In this document: positions 55,266 to 64,000 of the stretch, one piece after another
Position numbering within the stretch: the first letter of the stretch is position 1
Layout: each line of letters opens with the position of its first letter
Source of the DNA: Candidatus Woesebacteria bacterium
GTDB lineage: Bacteria > Patescibacteriota > Microgenomatia > UBA8517
Length of the DNA: 64,000 bases
NCBI GenBank assembly: GCA_013374835.1
Contig: CP055307.1
Location: forward strand, 10,447-74,446
Direction: 5' to 3'
Notes under the pieces: generated by a model
Database searches by the model: none
What the model was told of the DNA's origin: nothing
What the model saw: only the letters and a program-made list of their open reading frames with translations
Position numbers and translations under genes: made by a program

Positions 55266-56594
55266 TTATTTTGTGGATAACATGAGGATAGCTTTTTTAA
55301 GATTATTTGCGGTTTTGGCCGACACGATATTATTAAAACCTTGTTTTCTCATTTCTTTGATCCTTTTTTCTTCAGAGGTAACTTTTCTTATTTCCCCCAT
55401 GAGACCTAATTCTCCAATAGCAACCGTATTTGCTTTTATGGGTTTTTCTTTATATGCGCTTATAATTGACAAGGCAATGGCCAGATCTGCCGCCGGATCC
55501 CGAACACTAATACCCCCTACCGCATTTGCATAGATATCGAAGTTATATAAAGGAATATTCAAACGACTAATAAGCACTGCCACAATAAGCTCTAAACGGC
55601 GTGAGTCTATTCCTTGTGCAATTCTTTTAGGATAGGGCGTATTTGTTCGATTTACAAGAGCTTGAATTTCTACGAGAAGCGGCCTTGTGCCCTCGAGAAT
55701 GCTTGTGAGCACCGATCCCGGCTCGGATGAAGTTTTACTGCTTACGAATAAATCATTGAGGCTACTAACTGACATTAAACCCTTTTCCTCCATTCTGAAA
55801 AGTCCAATTTCATCAGTTGGACCAAAGCGGTTTTTAATCGAGCGGAGAATGCGAAGAAGCAGGTCTTTGTCACCCTCGAACCAGAGCACTGTATCAACAA
55901 TGTGCATTAGTGTAGCAGGCCCTGCAACCGAACCTTCTTTTGTAACGTGCCCAACCATGATTAAAGGAATACTATTTGACTTGGCAAGGCGAACGAGTCT
56001 TTGGGCTGATTCTCTTACCTGTCCTACCGATCCTGCAATGCCGGATAAATCTCTTGTTGATACCGTTTGGATAGAATCGATTATTATCAATTGAGGAAGA
56101 CTTTTCGTAGAAAGGTTTTCCAGATAGCTTATTATTGAGTCAACATCGGACTCTTCGAGAAGATTTATGCGGTTCGAGTAAATACCAAGCCTTGTAGCCC
56201 TTAGCTTAAGCTGGTGAACCGATTCTTCAGCAGATATATAAAGAATGTATGCGTTTCTACTTGTTTTGGCTAATTTTTCGGATATTTGGAGTAAAATTGT
56301 GGACTTACCAATCCCCGGTTCTCCGGCAAGGAGCACTACCTGCCCTTTTACAAAACCACCACCAAGGACATTGTCCAGCTCGGGGATATTTGTTTTTATC
56401 CTTTGGAGGTCTTTCTGAGGAACAGACGACAAAGAAACAGGTTCTAAAATTTTTGTAGTTTTCTTTTTGGATTTTGTCTCTTTTGGAATAAGCGTTTCAA
56501 CAAGAGATCCCCAAGCACCACACTGAGGACACCTTCCTCCCCAACCTGTTTGTGTATAGCCGCATTGCTGGCAGACATAACTTGACTTTGCCAT
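55266..56594 (-). CDS. radA: DNA repair protein RadA/Sms
   Basis: N-terminal C4 zinc finger 'CQQCGYTQTGWGGRCPQCGAWG', Walker A 'GEPGIGKST', the KNRFG motif ('SIKNRFGPT') and a Lon-like C-terminal domain. Confidence 0.85.
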   Translation of the reverse strand: MAKSSYVCQQCGYTQTGWGGRCPQCGAWGSLVETLIPKETKSKKKTTKILEPVSLSSVPQKDLQRIKTNIPELDNVLGGGFVKGQVVLLAGEPGIGKSTILLQISEKLAKTSRNAYILYISAEESVHQLKLRATRLGIYSNRINLLEESDVDSIISYLENLSTKSLPQLIIIDSIQTVSTRDLSGIAGSVGQVRESAQRLVRLAKSNSIPLIMVGHVTKEGSVAGPATLMHIVDTVLWFEGDKDLLLRILRSIKNRFGPTDEIGLFRMEEKGLMSVSSLNDLFVSSKTSSEPGSVLTSILEGTRPLLVEIQALVNRTNTPYPKRIAQGIDSRRLELIVAVLISRLNIPLYNFDIYANAVGGISVRDPAADLAIALSIISAYKEKPIKANTVAIGELGLMGEIRKVTSEEKRIKEMRKQGFNNIVSAKTANNLKKAILMLSTK

Positions 56595-56658
56595 AAATCA
56601 ATCTAAATATTATCAGATATCCCAAATATTGAAAATTTTCAGCCTTTTTGAAATTTAT

Positions 56659-57756
56659 CTATTTGTAACCTATCGGTTTTGTTGTGAGGACTAAACCGAG
56701 AGAGATTTTTCGCTCAGAGGCGTTTATTTCCTCTATGTAAACTTCTATTTCGTCACCCTTTTTAATATCTTTATCGGGCGGAATTTTGGTCATGTGCACC
56801 AACCCCTCAATTCCCGGCTCCAGTTCCACAAAAACTCCAAAGCCGCTTTTTCGTACAACTTTGCCTTTAAGTTTTTGTTCCTTTTGGTATTTTTCTTCCA
56901 CACTTAGCCAAGGATCTTTTTGGGCATCTTTAATCGAAAGGGAGAGCTTGCCATCTTTTGTGCCGAGTACTTTTACCTCAACTTTATCCCCCACCGAAAC
57001 TATTTTTGAAGGATCGCTTATTTTTTCCCAAGATAGCTCGGAGATATGAACCAAGCCCTCGATAGGAACAGGTTTTTTACCGATCTCCACTCTTAACTCT
57101 ACAAAGGCGCCGAATGAGGTGAGCTCTTTTACTCTTCCTTTGAGTATTTCACCTTCTTTGAGGTTTTTGAGAGCTTTTTCTTCAAGCTCTAATTCTTCTC
57201 TTTCGGAAACAGCTCTTTCTGAAAGAACAATCCTATTTTTATCCCTATCTACTTCTATTATCTTTGCCGGAAATTCTTGGTCGAGAAGCTTATCTACTTC
57301 TTTTGCCGCTTCTTTACCAAGCTGGGATGCCGGAATAAAACCGATTAATGATTTTTCAACTTCGACAACTACACCTTTTTCAGTAACGTTTTTACCTACG
57401 ACTTTTATTTCGGCTCCTTTATTTTTAGCTTTTTCCAGCTTGTTCCAAAGAGAATCGAATGCTTGATCTTTGATTGAAAGAAGTACATTCCCGTCGCGGC
57501 TTTCGGGTTCGACCACTACTGCGTTTACCACGTCCCCAACTTTGAGCTTTTTGACAAAACTTTTAACCTCATCGTAATGCGAACCTATAACAAGCGCGTC
57601 TGATTTGGCCCCTATATCCAAAGTTATTACACCTTGTTCGAGAGAAAGTATTTTTGCTTTTACTTCTTGGCCTGCTTCGAAGCTTTGAACAACAATGGGT
57701 GAGCGAGCAAGCAGCTCTTCCATTGTAATTTTTTTGTTATTTTGTTTTTTTGCCAA
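56659..57756 (-). CDS. rpsA: 30S ribosomal protein S1 (four S1 domains)
   Basis: Repeated S1 OB-fold pattern ('G.V…..GAFV.L…..GL.H.S..'). Lies directly upstream of 5S on the same strand. Confidence 0.7.
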   Translation of the reverse strand: MAKKQNNKKITMEELLARSPIVVQSFEAGQEVKAKILSLEQGVITLDIGAKSDALVIGSHYDEVKSFVKKLKVGDVVNAVVVEPESRDGNVLLSIKDQAFDSLWNKLEKAKNKGAEIKVVGKNVTEKGVVVEVEKSLIGFIPASQLGKEAAKEVDKLLDQEFPAKIIEVDRDKNRIVLSERAVSEREELELEEKALKNLKEGEILKGRVKELTSFGAFVELRVEIGKKPVPIEGLVHISELSWEKISDPSKIVSVGDKVEVKVLGTKDGKLSLSIKDAQKDPWLSVEEKYQKEQKLKGKVVRKSGFGVFVELEPGIEGLVHMTKIPPDKDIKKGDEIEVYIEEINASERKISLGLVLTTKPIGYK

Positions 57757-57830
57757 AAATCATGACCGCCTTTCTATTTTTTTATTATCGCAAATAATTT
57801 AAGCCAGGAAAAATGGATTTTAATCCGGGC

Positions 57831-57962
57831 CTAGATGGACCAGCAATGACCTATTTTCGCACAAAGTTGCCTAAGCACTATCGTAGGCGCTGCCCAGTTT
57901 TACTTCTGAGTTCGGAATGGGGTCAGGTAGTTCCAAGGCGCTTTAATCACTGGTCCATCCAG
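57831..57962 (-). rRNA. rrf: 5S ribosomal RNA
   Basis: The minus strand contains 'ACCTGACCCCATTCCGAACTCAGAAGTAAAAC', matching the universal 5S loop B/helix III region. Terminal helix I pairs 'GGATGGACCAG' with 'CTGGTCCATC'. Ends are ±5 nt. Confidence 0.8.
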
Positions 57963-58170
57963 ACCCAGACTGTGTTAACCACAATCAGGGTAGCTGGTTT
58001 AAATTTTAAAAAGGTGCGAATTCAGATTGTTATCTGAAATCTAAAGAGAAAGGTACAAAGAAAAGTCTAATGACCGATTCGTGCAAAGTAAGCTTAATTC
58101 CTTACGGAACTTCCACTTCCTGCCGATCAACCTGATGTTCTTTCAGGAGTCTAAGAGCCCTCATCTTGGG

Positions 58171-58209
<39 letters not shown>

Positions 58210-58394
58210 AGGAATGTAGCTACCCGGCGCTGCCGCTGACGCGACAACCGGCACACTAGGGATTCCCCCTTCCTGGTCCTCTCGTACTGAGGAAAGCTCC
58301 CCTCAAGGCTCCAACGCACACACCGGATAGAGTCCGAGCTGTCTCGCGACGCTCTGAACCCAGCTCACGTACCACTTTAATGGGCGAACAGACC

Positions 58395-58427
<33 letters not shown>

Positions 58428-59013
58428 GTGAGCCGACATCGAGGTAGCGAACCGCGCCGTCGATATGGACTCTCGGGCGCGACTACTCTGTTATCCCCGG
58501 GGTAACTTTTATCCGTTAAGCCCCATCCATTCCCACAATGAGATGGGGGATCACTAAGACCTGCTTTCGCACTAGCTCCACCCGTCGGTGTCGCTATCAA
58601 GCTGGCTTATAGCTTTACCCTTAATCCGCCATTTCCATCGGCGGAAAGCCAACCTTTGTACCCCTGCGTTACCTTTTGGCAGGGTACCGCCCCAGTAAAA
58701 CTGCCCATCTGACACTTTTCCTGAACCCGTCTTCAGGGCCCTTAGGTAAGCCTTTTAATCTTCGAAGGGTGGTATCACACTGGCTCCCGATTAAATCGGG
58801 ATCCCACCTATTCTTGACAATCGAGGACTAAAGGAGGCAATGCCAGACTACAGTAAAGCTCCACGGGGTCTATTTGTCCTGGTGTGTGTAGGCCGCGTCT
58901 TCACAGCCACCGCAATTTCGCCGGGTGGATTTTCAAGACAGTTGTTAGCTCGTTACGCCTTTCGTGCGGGTCTAAACTTACTAGACAAGGAACTTCGCTA
59001 CCGTAGAACAGTT

Positions 59014-59762
59014 CATTTTTGTTACATTGAATACTTAAATATTCCTTAAGTATTCAAAGATTCTGTCATTTCTGCAGAATTCTCCGACTCTCGCCGGAGA
59101 TCGGACTATATCATCCCCACTTGGTATAAAACTCTGTGGAGGCTAACGTATAGTCTCTGGGGATTCCAAAACATCACTAATTGAATATTTTCTTTTTCTT
59201 CCTTTACCTTTGTTAAGCTTCTCTCTTATTTCAAGCAGTTTCAAAAGCCCATCTTTTTCAAGATGTTTTTTGTCATACATTATTTTCACAGCTTTTTTAA
59301 AAAGAGAAAAATTTCTCTTTTTAGTGTTTGAAAAAAAACTATATTTGGTAAAGAAAGGTATTATTTTTTCCTGAATTGCGGTTGGATTAGTAACATCAAA
59401 AGAATATAAACCATCTTTTCTTTGTTTGATAATTCCACAACCTAAATAACGTTTCATCAAAGCAAGAATTGTCCTTTCTCTTTGAGAAACATTAAAAGAT
59501 AAAACAGGTTGCCATCTTTGCTTATAATCGATTTTGTGGCGGAGTGAGATATTAAAACTTCCTTCTCCGTCAACAAAACCTGCAAAATACCAACCAATTT
59601 TTTCAGGAACTTTTATTCTGGACTGTTTTGGTCTTTCCTGCTGATTATCTCTATTCATCTGATTGTCACTGCTATTAAGGTAAATTTAGCTTAACAGCAG
59701 TACAGATGACCTGTCAAGATTTCCCAGCATATAGTTAGCTTTTACAACTACTATTTAATCTA
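59014..59762 (-). mobile_element. group-I-type intron in 23S rRNA, inserted between positions equivalent to E. coli U1917 and A1918 (helix 69), carrying a homing-endonuclease ORF
   Basis: Exon sequence '…GGCAGCAGUAACUAU' | intron | 'AACUGUUCUACGGUAGCGAAGUUCC…' aligns with E. coli 'GGCCGUAACUAU|AACGGUCCUAAGGUAGCGAAAUUCC'. The upstream exon ends in U and the intron ends in G (omega-G). The 749 nt between have no 23S similarity. Confidence 0.75.
59143..59658 (-). CDS. LAGLIDADG family homing endonuclease (single-motif, I-CreI-like homodimer type), intron-encoded
   Basis: A single 'YFAGFVDGEGSF' LAGLIDADG motif followed by the typical basic DNA-binding scaffold. 171 aa, located inside the 23S intron. 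Confidence 0.8.
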   Translation of the reverse strand: MNRDNQQERPKQSRIKVPEKIGWYFAGFVDGEGSFNISLRHKIDYKQRWQPVLSFNVSQRERTILALMKRYLGCGIIKQRKDGLYSFDVTNPTAIQEKIIPFFTKYSFFSNTKKRNFSLFKKAVKIMYDKKHLEKDGLLKLLEIREKLNKGKGRKRKYSISDVLESPETIR

Positions 59763-60588
59763 ATAGTTACTGCTGCCGTTTACCGGAGCTTCGGTTCAAA
59801 GCCCTGTGCAAAGCACGGACAGATCCCCTTAACTTACCGGCACTGGGCAGGCGTCAGCCCGTATACTTAAGATTTTCTCTTTTGCACGGACCTGTGTTTT
59901 TGATAAACAGTCGACTAACAATCATTAGCTGCGGTCCCGCCATGGGCGGGACAGGACATCTTGCGAACTTACGTCCAGCTTGTTTGCCTAGTTCCTTAAA
60001 AATCCTTCTCCCGATCGCCTTAGTATTCTCTACCTACCCACCTGTGTTGGTTTACGGTACGGCTTATTTGGGCACTCACTGCGAACCTTTTCTTGCAGGC
60101 TATTAACCAGAATCACCCTACTCTCGTAAGGCTTTGCACCACCCCGATTAAACGCAAGAGCGGATTTTCCATCTCTCACTACCGAGACTTCTGCACTTTA
60201 CTTCACGAAAAAGCTCTGATTTTTTCACCTTGTCAGTCCCCAGCTACCCCGCATAGCGGGGTTTGGCGCACCCAAACAAGTACTGGAATTTTAACCAGCT
60301 ATCCATCGGCTACGCCATATGGCCTTACCTTAGGAGCCGACTAACCCCTGGCAGACGAACTTCACCAGGGAAACCTTGGGTTTTCGGCGGTCCGGATTCT
60401 CACCGGACTTGTACGCTACTCATACCGGCATTCTCACTCCCATCCGTTCCACCTAACTTTACAGTTCGGCTTCACCACGAATGGGACGCTCCCCTACCAC
60501 GTCCCGCTAAGCGGGACATCTCTAGCTTCGGCACTTGGCTTATCCTCGATAAATCTTCGGCGCACGCTCTCGGTCGACCAGTGAGCTG

Positions 60589-60639
<51 letters not shown>

Positions 60640-61154
60640 AAGAGAGTGTACTTCCTTTCAAACTTAGTCAAGATTTAGAGGCCTTAGCTGAGAGTCTGGG
60701 TTGTTTCCCTTTTGTCGTACGAGCTTAGCCCCGTACGGCTGTATGCTAAACATCCTTATCAGTATTCGGAGTTTGGTTGATCACGATTGCTTTCGCTCTC
60801 GTGACCATCCAGTAGCTCTACCCCTGATAAGTTTTTATTTAACACGGTCCCTATAGACCTTTCGGGGAGAACCAGCTATCTCCAGGTCCGATTGGCATAT
60901 TACCGCTATCCACAAGTCATCCGAGCAAATTGCAACTTACACCGGTTCGGGCGTCCGCCACGCTTTCGCGTAACCTCCCCCTGCTCATGGATAGATCACC
61001 TGGTTTCGGGTCTGCCACACAGTACAAAATCGCGCTATTAACACTCGCTTTCGCTATGCCTTCCCCTTTTAGCAGGGTTAAGCCGCACTGTGAGACAACT
61101 CGCCGGTTCATTCTTCAATAGGCACGAGATCACCCGCTCGCAGAGCAGGAAGTT

Positions 61155-61285
61155 CCAAGATCTAATAATCAAATTGTAAACAAATTCCAACTCCAAAATT
61201 ACAAGCTTGACTTCAAACTTTCGCTATTTAAGGTTTGTAATTTGGTTATTGTTTGTGATTTGATATTTGTGATTTGAAATTTCCT
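61155..61285 (-). other. AT-rich IVS-like expansion in 23S domain I (helix-25 region)
   Basis: A ~130-nt, >75% AT insertion between conserved blocks corresponding to E. coli ~530-560. It forms a long imperfect hairpin (CAAATTACAA…TTGTAATTTG). Confidence 0.5.
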
Positions 61286-61764
61286 GTTCTACGAACAGGC
61301 TCTCTCGGTTTGTCCGCAAACAGTTTCAGTTACTATTTCACTCCCCTCCCGGGGTGCTTTTCACCTTTCCCTTACGGTACTAGTTCACTATCGGTCACCA
61401 ACCATATTTAGCCTTGGAGGATGGTTCCCCCAGATTCATCCGAAGTTGTCGATCGGATTACTCAGGATACCCATAGGCGCTTTGCAAGGATTTCGTGTAC
61501 AAGACTTTCACTTTCTATGGCCAACCATTCCAGATTGTTCCACTATCCCCAAAGCTACCACGTCTGGGTCCTACAACCCCCCGATAGCCTCCCGAAGGAG
61601 ATCATCGAGGTTTGGGCTTTTGCCTTTTCGCTCGCCGCTACTTGGGCAATCTTTAATTTAATTTCTTTTCCTCACCTTACTTAGATGTTTCAGTTCAGGT
61701 GGTACCCCACTTCATCGCTATATACCCTGCATTCTATGCACAAATCACGCTCTGCTGCGACGAA

Positions 61765-61870
61765 AAATACAAGATCACAAATTGTAAATTACAAACAATA
61801 CTCAATTTACAAAATTAAAAAACCAAAACTTCATATTTTGAATTTGTAATTTTTGCAAAGCTAATTACTT
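61765..61870 (-). other. AT-rich IVS-like expansion near the 23S 5' end (helix-9/10 region)
   Basis: About 105 extra AT-rich nt between 'TTAGATGTTTCAGTTC' and 'GGGTTTCCCCATTCGG' relative to E. coli. It forms a hairpin (ACAAATTGTAAATTACAAA…TTTGTAATTTTTG) and shares the 'CAAATTGTAAA' core with the other insertion. Confidence 0.45.
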
Positions 61871-62083
61871 ATGAACAGAATGCAAGGTATTTTTACGATG
61901 AGTTACTCCGAGATAAATCGGAGTGGGTTTCCCCATTCGGAAACCGCCGGATCACAGGATCGTGGCTCCTACCCGGCGAGTATCGCCGCCATGTGCGTCC
62001 TTCATCGGTGGTTGATGCCAAGGCATCCACTGTCTGCGTTGTGTAGACTTTCGACCTTTCTCTTCAGATGTCAAAGAGCAAAG

Positions 62084-62157
62084 TGGACCGAGCCGGATTC
62101 GAACCGGCGGCCTTCCGGATGCAAACCGGATGCTCTAGCCAGCTGAGCTATCGGCCC
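62084..62157 (-). tRNA. tRNA-Ala (anticodon UGC)
   Basis: GGGCCGA-TA-GCTC-AGCTGGCTA-GAGC-A-TCCGG-TTTGCAT-CCGGA-AGGCC-GCCGG-TTCGAAT-CCGGC-TCGGTCC-A. A G3·U70 pair is present. It lies ~30 nt upstream of the 23S 5' end on the same strand. Confidence 0.85.
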
Positions 62158-62331
62158 AAGTCCAAAAAATATGTCAAAACGGTTTGAGACGGAGACTTTG
62201 GAAGCTATCCTTAAGGCAGTAAAAAAGAAACTTTTCTCATTAAATTGGTATTTATGCTTCTCATTTATTCCGAACTCAAACTATAACTATTATATAGATA
62301 AGGTCAAGGTGAGTCAATAGCCTAGCAATAC

Positions 62332-62360
62332 TTGACATTTAGCACTCTTAATGATAGAAT
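62332..62360 (+). promoter_or_regulatory. sigma70-type promoter (TTGACA-17-TAGAAT)
   Basis: A perfect -35 at 62332-37 and a near-consensus -10 at 62355-60, with a 17-nt spacer. Confidence 0.4.
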
Positions 62361-62506
62361 GCTTACATTACAGGATATCACTTCTTTAATAAACTTACTA
62401 AAAATGATTCACTTCCCATAAGTACTTGAAAAATGATTGGTTGGCTAGAAGACGTTAGACAAGGGGGTGTGGCCTACCGTGGCGACATGGGACGCGCTGC
62501 GCCTCA

Positions 62507-62821
62507 TTGTCTGAGGCCTTTTGGTCTTTTGATAATTTTTATAAAGAAGATGGAGAGCCATTAATTTTTGAGCTAAGGCAGGGTGAAAAAACTGCGAAAG
62601 CAAAAGTAGTGGATATTTCTACTGTACATGTTGACGATTATTATCAAGGAACATTTTTCAGAAGCAGTGATAATAAAAGATATTATGTTGATCGAGAAAA
62701 AATTGGTCTTCCGAAAAACGTTCTGGCAGAAGATCAAATAACATTTGTTGTATGCTCCGGGGAGTACATCGACGGCGAATGGAGTGAGCGGATGCTATTG
62801 ACAATTGAAAAAACACCTTGA
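62507..62821 (+). CDS. hypothetical protein (TTG start; the 5' end is uncertain)
   Basis: A 104-codon ORF of non-repetitive composition. It is followed immediately by a strong intrinsic terminator, and a promoter lies ~170 nt upstream. There is no ATG/GTG in frame after the upstream stop at 62456, and no clear SD. Confidence 0.4.
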   Translation: MSEAFWSFDNFYKEDGEPLIFELRQGEKTAKAKVVDISTVHVDDYYQGTFFRSSDNKRYYVDREKIGLPKNVLAEDQITFVVCSGEYIDGEWSERMLLTIEKTP

Positions 62822-62837
62822 GCTTACTTCATAAATG

Positions 62838-62925
62838 GCTTTCTGCGGTCAAGCCTGCTTAAAGGCAAGATAAACGATTAAACTTGCCGAAGAAACAGGC
62901 TTGATCGCAGAAAGCCCTTTTGTAA
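62838..62925 (+). terminator. rho-independent terminator (20-bp stem with inner helix, then CCTTTTG)
   Basis: GCTTTCTGCGGTCAAGCCTG … CAGGCTTGATCGCAGAAAGC pairs at 19 of 20 positions, with an inner GGCAAG/CTTGCC helix, then 'CCTTTTGTAAAAAAAAA'. It starts 17 nt after the stop codon. Confidence 0.6.
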
Positions 62926-63083
62926 AAAAAAACCAAGTTATGCAATAATAATTTACATGGATGAAAGAAATAGGAAGCTTACTTATTTTTTGATTATTCT
63001 TGACTTTTTTCTGATGATAGTACTTGGCCTTTTAGTGGCTGAAATTTTGAAACAGACCGTCTTTATGGTAAATTAAGTGGCGT

Positions 63084-63107
63084 GAACCCGTAGCTCAGCT
63101 GGTTAGA
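63084..63107 (+). other. 24-nt duplicate of the 5' end of tRNA-Ile (with 3 preceding nt this makes a 27-bp direct repeat with 63397..63423), i.e. a tRNA gene fragment
   Basis: 'cgtGAACCCGTAGCTCAGCTGGTTAGA' occurs at 63081-63107 and again at 63397-63423. The upstream copy diverges after 'TTAGA' into the palindrome CCTGCCTGCCGGCAGGCAGG. Confidence 0.7.
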
Positions 63108-63131
63108 CCTGCCTGCCGGCAGGCAGGGCGC

Positions 63132-63401
63132 ATGAATGTGATGAAATACTTTGTATATATCATATATAATCTTAGAGATAAAAAGTATTATACAGGAATC
63201 ACTAACGATTTATTTAGAAGGTTGAAAGAGCACAACAAAATAGGATCTAGTACGATAACTACAACTAATAGAAATTCTTTTATAATAGTGCACACAGAAC
63301 AATGTGAAGATAGGGATAAAGCTAGGGAAAGAGAATTGTTTTGGAAAAGCGGATATGGAAGAGAGTTGCGAGATAAGTTCATGAGGAATTTGATTTCGTG
63401 A
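63132..63401 (+). CDS. small stand-alone GIY-YIG nuclease (YhbQ/UPF0213-like, 89 aa)
   Basis: 'KYFVYIIYNLRDKKYYTGITNDLFRRLKEHN' contains the GIY…YIG…R…E…N catalytic core, and only the catalytic domain is present. The stop TGA overlaps the first two nt of the tRNA-Ile gene. Confidence 0.7.
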   Translation: MNVMKYFVYIIYNLRDKKYYTGITNDLFRRLKEHNKIGSSTITTTNRNSFIIVHTEQCEDRDKARERELFWKSGYGRELRDKFMRNLIS

Positions 63402-63473
63402 ACCCGTAGCTCAGCTGGTTAGAGCGCCAAACTGATAATTTGGAGGTCCCTGGTTCGAGTCCAGGCGGGTTCA
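63400..63473 (+). tRNA. tRNA-Ile (anticodon GAU)
   Basis: GAACCCG-TA-GCTC-AGCTGGTTA-GAGC-G-CCAAA-CTGATAA-TTTGG-AGGTC-CCTGG-TTCGAGT-CCAGG-CGGGTTC-A. All stems are Watson-Crick. Length 74 nt. Confidence 0.85.
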
Positions 63474-63507
63474 CAGAGAACGGTGCATAATCATATATAA
63501 TAAGATT

Positions 63508-64000
63508 ATGAGCCTTGCCACCCTTCTTCTTAAGATACCGAGAAATAATGACGTTACTCCCGAAGCAGCAAAAACATTTCTTTCGACGCTGACTCAGATA
63601 AACAGCGTTTCAAGATTAAACCGCTTGCTGGGGAAAAAACCTCTTCCCTTTTCTTTGGAGATTGCACTGATTAACCAACAGATAAAATTCTTTGTAACAT
63701 GCGATGAGAAGCTCGTGCCTTTTGTAGAAGCGCAAATTAAAAGCAGTTACCCACTTGTGATTATTGAGAAACATGCTGATCCTATTTCTGATATTGAAAA
63801 CCTTATTACTTCTTCTTTGTCCTTAAAAAAAGGCAACTATTATCCAATTGCTACTTATAAAAATTTTGAAGATGTTGATCCGCTTTCATCCCTTTTAACA
63901 ATTTTGTCCAAAGGGGATCCTAATGAATTTGCCATTATCCAATATGCAATATCAGGCGCCGGCTCCGGCTGGCAGTCTTCGGGGAAAATATTTGCAGAGC
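63508..64000 (+). CDS. hypothetical protein, 3'-partial (runs off the window end)
   Basis: ATG at 63508 and an open frame of 164 codons to the window edge ('MSLATLLLKIPRNNDVTPEAAKTFLSTLTQ…'). Absent from the ORF track because it is incomplete. Confidence 0.45.
   Translation, partial: MSLATLLLKIPRNNDVTPEAAKTFLSTLTQINSVSRLNRLLGKKPLPFSLEIALINQQIKFFVTCDEKLVPFVEAQIKSSYPLVIIEKHADPISDIENLITSSLSLKKGNYYPIATYKNFEDVDPLSSLLTILSKGDPNEFAIIQYAISGAGSGWQSSGKIFAE

Noticed and set aside
61240-61290. A short tandem 'tttgtgatttgatatttgtgatttgaaatt' resembling a mini direct-repeat array
   Set aside because: It lies inside the AT-rich helix-25 insertion of the 23S rRNA and forms one arm of a hairpin. There are no regularly spaced unique spacers, so it is not CRISPR.
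63084-63473. Interpreting the GIY-YIG segment as a group I intron inside tRNA-Ile
   Set aside because: The downstream tRNA copy is complete and all its stems pair without any splicing. The insertion point (D-loop) is not the anticodon-loop site used by known tRNA group I introns. No P1-P9 core was evident.

Overview
This is an AT-rich (~35-40% GC) bacterial fragment with compact, mostly minus-strand genes and the hallmarks of a Candidate Phyla Radiation (Patescibacteria)-type genome. Housekeeping genes recognised from motifs are argS, leuS, rho, murB, radA, rpsA, comEA and a split comEC, an M16 peptidase, a LysM/M23 peptidase, an adenylate-kinase-like gene and two sortases. A 5S-23S rRNA locus lies on the minus strand, with tRNA-Ala(UGC) upstream of it and no 16S in the window. 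The 23S carries a ~750-nt group-I-type intron at the E. coli U1917/A1918 site that encodes a single-motif LAGLIDADG endonuclease, plus two AT-rich IVS-like hairpin insertions. The accessory content is unusual. (i) Positions 1-15.4 kb are an array of seven surface-protein genes. Six end in Pro/Thr linkers followed by a nearly identical tandem type-I dockerin-like Ca-binding module, and they sit next to a five-repeat LamG lectin protein. (ii) A three-fold paralog cassette at 34-41.6 kb encodes a ~640-aa Tat/SH3b secreted protein, and two of the three copies are followed by a small ~10-Cys secreted protein; each copy is preceded by a conserved ~105-nt promoter/5'UTR. (iii) At 42-44.5 kb a ~300-nt structured element is present twice, each time ending in an SD-ATG that drives an unrelated small protein. 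The two copies flank a cytoplasmic HExxH metallopeptidase-like gene and differ by a (GAA)n microsatellite. (iv) A ~1.4-kb island of ~60% GC at 52.2-53.6 kb encodes a secreted SH3b/three-repeat protein with its own palindromic upstream element, best explained as horizontally acquired. (v) A YhbQ-type GIY-YIG nuclease gene is flanked by a 27-bp duplication of the 5' end of tRNA-Ile(GAU), and a perfect 20-nt palindrome sits at the insertion junction. Two sortase/cell-wall-anchored-substrate pairs and a three-gene glycosyltransferase cluster are also present. No CRISPR array was seen.
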